This document shows positions 60,287 through 64,000 of a DNA stretch of 64,000 nucleotides, piece by piece; position 1 is the stretch's first letter; every line of letters starts with the position of its first letter. The translations under genes and the position numbers were made by a program. The stretch comes from Ostrea edulis (taxonomy: Eukaryota): the NCBI RefSeq assembly GCF_947568905.1, contig NC_079167.1:92318001-92382000 (forward strand). Direction: 5' to 3'. The notes under the pieces are model-generated. The model ran no database searches and was not told the DNA's origin. It worked only from the letters and a program-made list of their open reading frames with translations.

Positions 60287-62939
60287 AGTGGGGGATGGAA
60301 GTCGATCAAGATATGTACACATTAGTATGTTGAATCATATAAAGCTACTGTAACAGGACAGGAAAAAGATATAGACTGACTGGTTCTCAGACCATATTGA
60401 TGGACCCCCTCCACCATTCAATCCCTCAGCTAGCTGGGTTGGCTCACGGCCTAATGCTATTTTCTGAGGTTCCCTACCATCCATGGATTAAGGAGATATG
60501 TCAGCTGGACCTAACTGTCTGTAGACTCAATGCTTACCAGAGTATGTCAACAGAGCTACATGGGGTTGGTATAACCAAGCTCCATTACACAGCTAAATAA
60601 GCATGACCACAGGTGTCCACATTCAAAAAACACACATGAAGACCCTTAGGAGTAGGAACCTATCTAGCTACCTGTTAATTGACAGGTTCACACATCTGAT
60701 CACAATGAATACTGCATGAATTCACATGTATTTATCTTTATTCAATGGTTACAAGGCTAAGTCAGATAATACTTCTACCATACACTCCTTGCAGAATTCC
60801 ATAAGCTTCATACTCCTACATGTATATTCACACTTTCAGAGTACTAATCCAAATTCAAGCTACATGTATATTCACACTTTCAGAGTACTAATCCAAATTC
60901 AAACTATATTTGAACTTTTCAAGTTTCCCATTTTTCTTGTCAATTTAATTTTCATGTTTCATACTTGTAAATAAGATATAAAATTAAAAGTTATCCCAAA
61001 ACAGAGCTTTGTTTATAATTAATTCATATTTTGTTTGTTGTTCCTCTAGCAAATACATGCATGTAATGAACATACAGCTCTGTATTTTTACATTACTGCC
61101 TTGAAATTCTAATATTAATATCAAAGAATTCCCAACATATTTTCCCTGCTACCTTTGTGCCAAGACAAATTTTAAGGCATCTTGGGAACTAGGAACATAG
61201 CTTCAATAAATACCAACTGCTTATATACTTAATAGCCATGTTGGGTTGTCTAGGAATTCAAATTAAAGGGGAAAGGGAAAAGGAATGAGGGAGGAGGAGA
61301 GAAAAACAGGGGTTATGGTAATAAAATGATAAAAAGGAATGGGAGGTGGGTGAGGTGGAATCCCCCCCCCCCCCCCCCCCCCCCATTTACATACTGTATT
61401 GTACATAATTAATGACAATTCTGAATCTATTATAAACACTATATTAAAATTTAGAGAGTGCCAGAAAAAATACTGTCAGGCTTTGAAAAATCTCCAAACC
61501 CCAACCCTATATAGTTTTGTCAATTCTTAGTTACTATGTTAGCCTCCGTTTAATATTATTGATGTCTTTTTTTATGTATTTCATGTTTTCGATAGCTTAA
61601 TATTCACTGATAACATTCTGAAAATTAATCAGATCTGATGCATCAGTAACATGAGAAATGGACTGTCTTTAGCCATCATTAATTTGTACACAGGGAGATA
61701 GAATTAATTTGTACACAGGGAGATAGAATTAATTTGTACACAGGGAGATAGAGACCCATGTGACATAATTTTTGTCACTTCTTTTTCTAAGTATTCTATT
61801 GTTCCAATATTCTGTATTTAATACATCATGCATGACTAATTCTTCTTTTTAAATTATACAACACCTTTCTATCATCATGATCATCTTTTAGAAATTGTAG
61901 TATACATGTATATATAAATTCTATGTAGTATATATAGGCGAGAGGAGAAAATCTTTGGCTGGACTGGGAATCAAACCCGGGACCCCTGCATTACTAGTCA
62001 GGTGCTCTAACCACTGAGCTATCCAAGCCGATATCCATGGTCCGTATAGCCCTAATTACTACAAAATTAATAGCATCCATATTGTAAATAAGACACATTT
62101 CAGACTCAAACAATAAAATGTGATTATGGTACCTATCAATTAATGATGCATTGAAATGTGTACATTTTGTATGATTTGTGTCTACAGGCCTACGTTTAGA
62201 GAGCTTACAAGCAGCCACTAACTCCACACAGTCTCAAGAAACCTCCTCTGCATATTCACTTACACTAAGACCTCCTCAGGAATGTAATGTTTGGTTGAAG
62301 GTCAATGTGAACAAGTGATACACTCTCGGAATATCATAATCAAGTGTAATCCATCGTTGTGAGCAAAAATAATAGAAGTTGATGCTACTTTATGGCCAAA
62401 CTCAACGGTAAAGGTCATGAGGTCAAAAAGATGTTGGAATACATGTGTGAAGCCCTTTCACCATCCATTACAAAAGTTATGACCATGGTTAAAGTTTTTG
62501 TGGACAAACTGACGGGCAGACCAAAATATATAGGCCTGGACCCCCGAATATCCGATTAAGGGGGTATAAAATACCCCCCCCCCCCCCCTCCCCGGCGCAA
62601 GCAGAAAAGCACATCGATGATCGTTGCTTACAATAAGATCAAATTAGAAGTTTCAAACGAGAAAGGTAAACAAGTAACAAAATTATACCTGTTTAACTCT
62701 AACATAACCAAACAGTTTAAAAATAGATACTGAGAGAGAAGATAAACAAGATCACCTGAAGTTGGCTGAACACCTTGATCAGGTAAACTTAGCGCTGTGA
62801 TAAAGCCACAACGATAGACAAACACGGAGGAGATAATCAGGGAGATTAAAACGGCCGCATTTTACCTGTTCATTTCTATCAGTTTCGCCTCCAAACTTCC
62901 ACAAGCATCATCAAAAATAACTTGTAAACGATAATACAT
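51444..62939 (-). CDS. RASSF2: Ras association domain-containing protein, RASSF2/4/6 family (~343 aa; RA plus SARAH domains)
   Basis: Exons 62939-62866, 58831-58753, 57708-57541, 55064-54870, 54544-54443, 54039-53988, 53361-53150 (GC donor), 52101-52004, 51495-51444; 1032 nt, in frame. Motifs LVIEGPVRIYWG, RASINGHIYN, FTPVLGS..SVTVDS..VIRTLLEKFKIEN, PLLERIARGP, SARAH EVEQLIAIPEPVLLGILRKFKDDEDREV. Probably co-orthologous to vertebrate RASSF2/4/6. Confidence 0.9.
52162..52661. mobile_element. PIF/Harbinger-type MITE in a RASSF intron
   Basis: TIR GGACTGTTCCAGTAAAA / TTTTAATGGAACAGCCC, TAA on both sides. Confidence 0.75.
52789..53114 (+). mobile_element. Second copy of the TTAA-flanked tRNA-containing element
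   Basis: Colinear with 33399-33764 (GTCATAATGGCTGACTTCCT, CTACTAAAACTG, CATCAGATTTC). Confidence 0.65.
54151..54430. mobile_element. Tc1/mariner-type MITE (54151-54309) whose right end plus flank is amplified as 51-bp x3
   Basis: TA|CAGTAAAACA...TGTTTTACTG|TA; units start at 54279, 54330, 54381; a related right end lies at ~3050-3097. Confidence 0.7.
55380..56642. repeat. ~1.26-kb AT-rich minisatellite of 24/28-bp units in a RASSF intron
   Basis: AACATTTGTATTGACAGAGAAATT with or without AATT, roughly 45-50 units. Confidence 0.95.
59211..59260 (-). CDS. Candidate alternative first coding exon of the RASSF gene (METIFDYEQETLIDLAE)
   Basis: AAAATGG Kozak-like start, 50 nt, perfect GTAAGT donor in phase 2, matching the acceptor at 58831. 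Confidence 0.55.
61956..62029 (-). pseudogene. tRNA-Thr(AGT)-like sequence inside a short TIR-bounded repeat (61924-62063)
   Basis: GGCTTGGATAGCTCAGTGGTTAGAGCACCTGACTAGTAATGCAGGGGTCCCGGGTTTGATTCCCAGTCCAGCCA; T-loop TTTG instead of TTCG and bulged stems; bounded by TGTAGTA/TACTACA. Confidence 0.6.
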
Positions 62940-63807
62940 CTGGCGGAAGCTGGGCTTGGGAGATTTCCGGGTAAAGGGGAATAACTCGCGTATTGATTCG
63001 CGGTGGCGGATGCTATTTTTAAGTAGGTGGGACTTCTCTCTGAAAATTCGTCAAACCAATTAGCCTTGACACAATATTGTCAAAATTTACATCTCTAATA
63101 TGGGACAATAAGAAAAACAGGAAAGGTGCTCAGAGGGTTAATCATTGCGAGATTGGAGTTCTTGTAACCACTCCGACCAAAATTGAATTTTGATATATAT
63201 TCAAATTTTTAAATATTTTCAAAAATTAAGAATGTAAATTGTGTGTGTATATGTATTCAAAATATGCATGCTTATGGTTATATGCTTCTCCCAATATCTC
63301 ATAAAAGATACTGCGGAACTTGGTACACAGGTATTTACTTACAACTTGTATCTATTCTAAGGTGCATATTTTAATGTATTTCTTAACGCTGCCCCCCCCC
63401 CCCCCCTTCTCGTTTTTTCTTTATGTACTGCTGTGTTTAAAGTGGTATATAGGCCCGGTGGGCTGGTTGTTTGATCTATTTTTAAACTGCCTGTTAACAT
63501 ATTTGTCAGTGGAATAAATTACAGCCTACTAACTTAATTACATGTACTGTTTAAATGTATCACAGTTCCACATAATACTGTACTACGACAATAAAAGCCT
63601 TAGACAATATATAATTTCAGTAAAACTCGCCACTCAAAAGTCTGGAATATTTTTCAATAATAATGCATGTTAAATTTAACCCATAAACACCCTATCACCG
63701 TAAATAATTCTGAAGTTTGATTGTTTTTTATTGTTCGAACTGTGTGCAGCTGTTAGTACTCTGTAATACAACATATGTATTGAAACCAACACCAGTATGC
63801 GGGCTAC

Positions 63808-63999
63808 TCACTCTCTCCCTGTATATTCAGATATGGCCCTCGGGGTTCTTTTCTTTGGAGACCCGATGATCTGTCGACTTTCAGCAGCAGTTTCTGAGAG
63901 AAAGTCGAACTCCATGATTTGATTTGGGTTCGCCCTTGCTTGAGGTGTATTGTGAAAATGTCGCTTCTGATTTAGAACTCCATTTTGCTGCGAGTTCCC
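63808..63999 (-). CDS. Probable 3'-terminal exon of an unidentified neighbouring gene running off the window
   Basis: Open frame GNSQQNGVLNQKRHFHNTPQARANPNQIMEFDFLSETAAESRQIIGSPKKRTPRAISEYTGRE*, higher GC than the flanks, AATAAA (minus) at ~63727-63732. Confidence 0.5.
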   Translation of the reverse strand, partial: GNSQQNGVLNQKRHFHNTPQARANPNQIMEFDFLSETAAESRQIIGSPKKRTPRAISEYTGRE

Positions 64000-64000
64000 G

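Noticed and set aside
61956-62029. Functional tRNA-Thr gene
   Set aside because: T-loop and stem defects, and it is embedded in a repeat; treated as a pseudogene.

Overview
AT-rich, intron-containing animal genomic DNA. The repeat families (Cg170/pearl-type Helentron remnants, Deu-domain SINE-like elements, Penelope-like RT fragments) point to a bivalve mollusc, probably an oyster. Splicing by hand gives: (1) 83-16552 (+), a 5'-truncated gene with 30 visible exons and at least 1394 aa, encoding a type-I membrane protein with three ependymin/LolA-like modules and five PAN/Apple domains; (2) 18883-45322 (-), a tandem array of six intact four-exon ARF/ARL small GTPase genes in two subfamilies; (3) 51444-62939 (-), a RASSF2/4/6-family gene with a GC-AG intron and a candidate alternative first exon; (4) a probable terminal exon of another minus-strand gene at the right edge. 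The most notable observations are the ARF array (a shared TATA plus UPRE/CRE-like promoter module, and exon-restricted homogenisation of the switch regions), minisatellites built from the receptor gene's own splice sites that create in-frame alternative acceptors and donors, and an intact minimal type-I hammerhead ribozyme at 27748-27791. All coordinates and identities were read by eye; no database searches were run.
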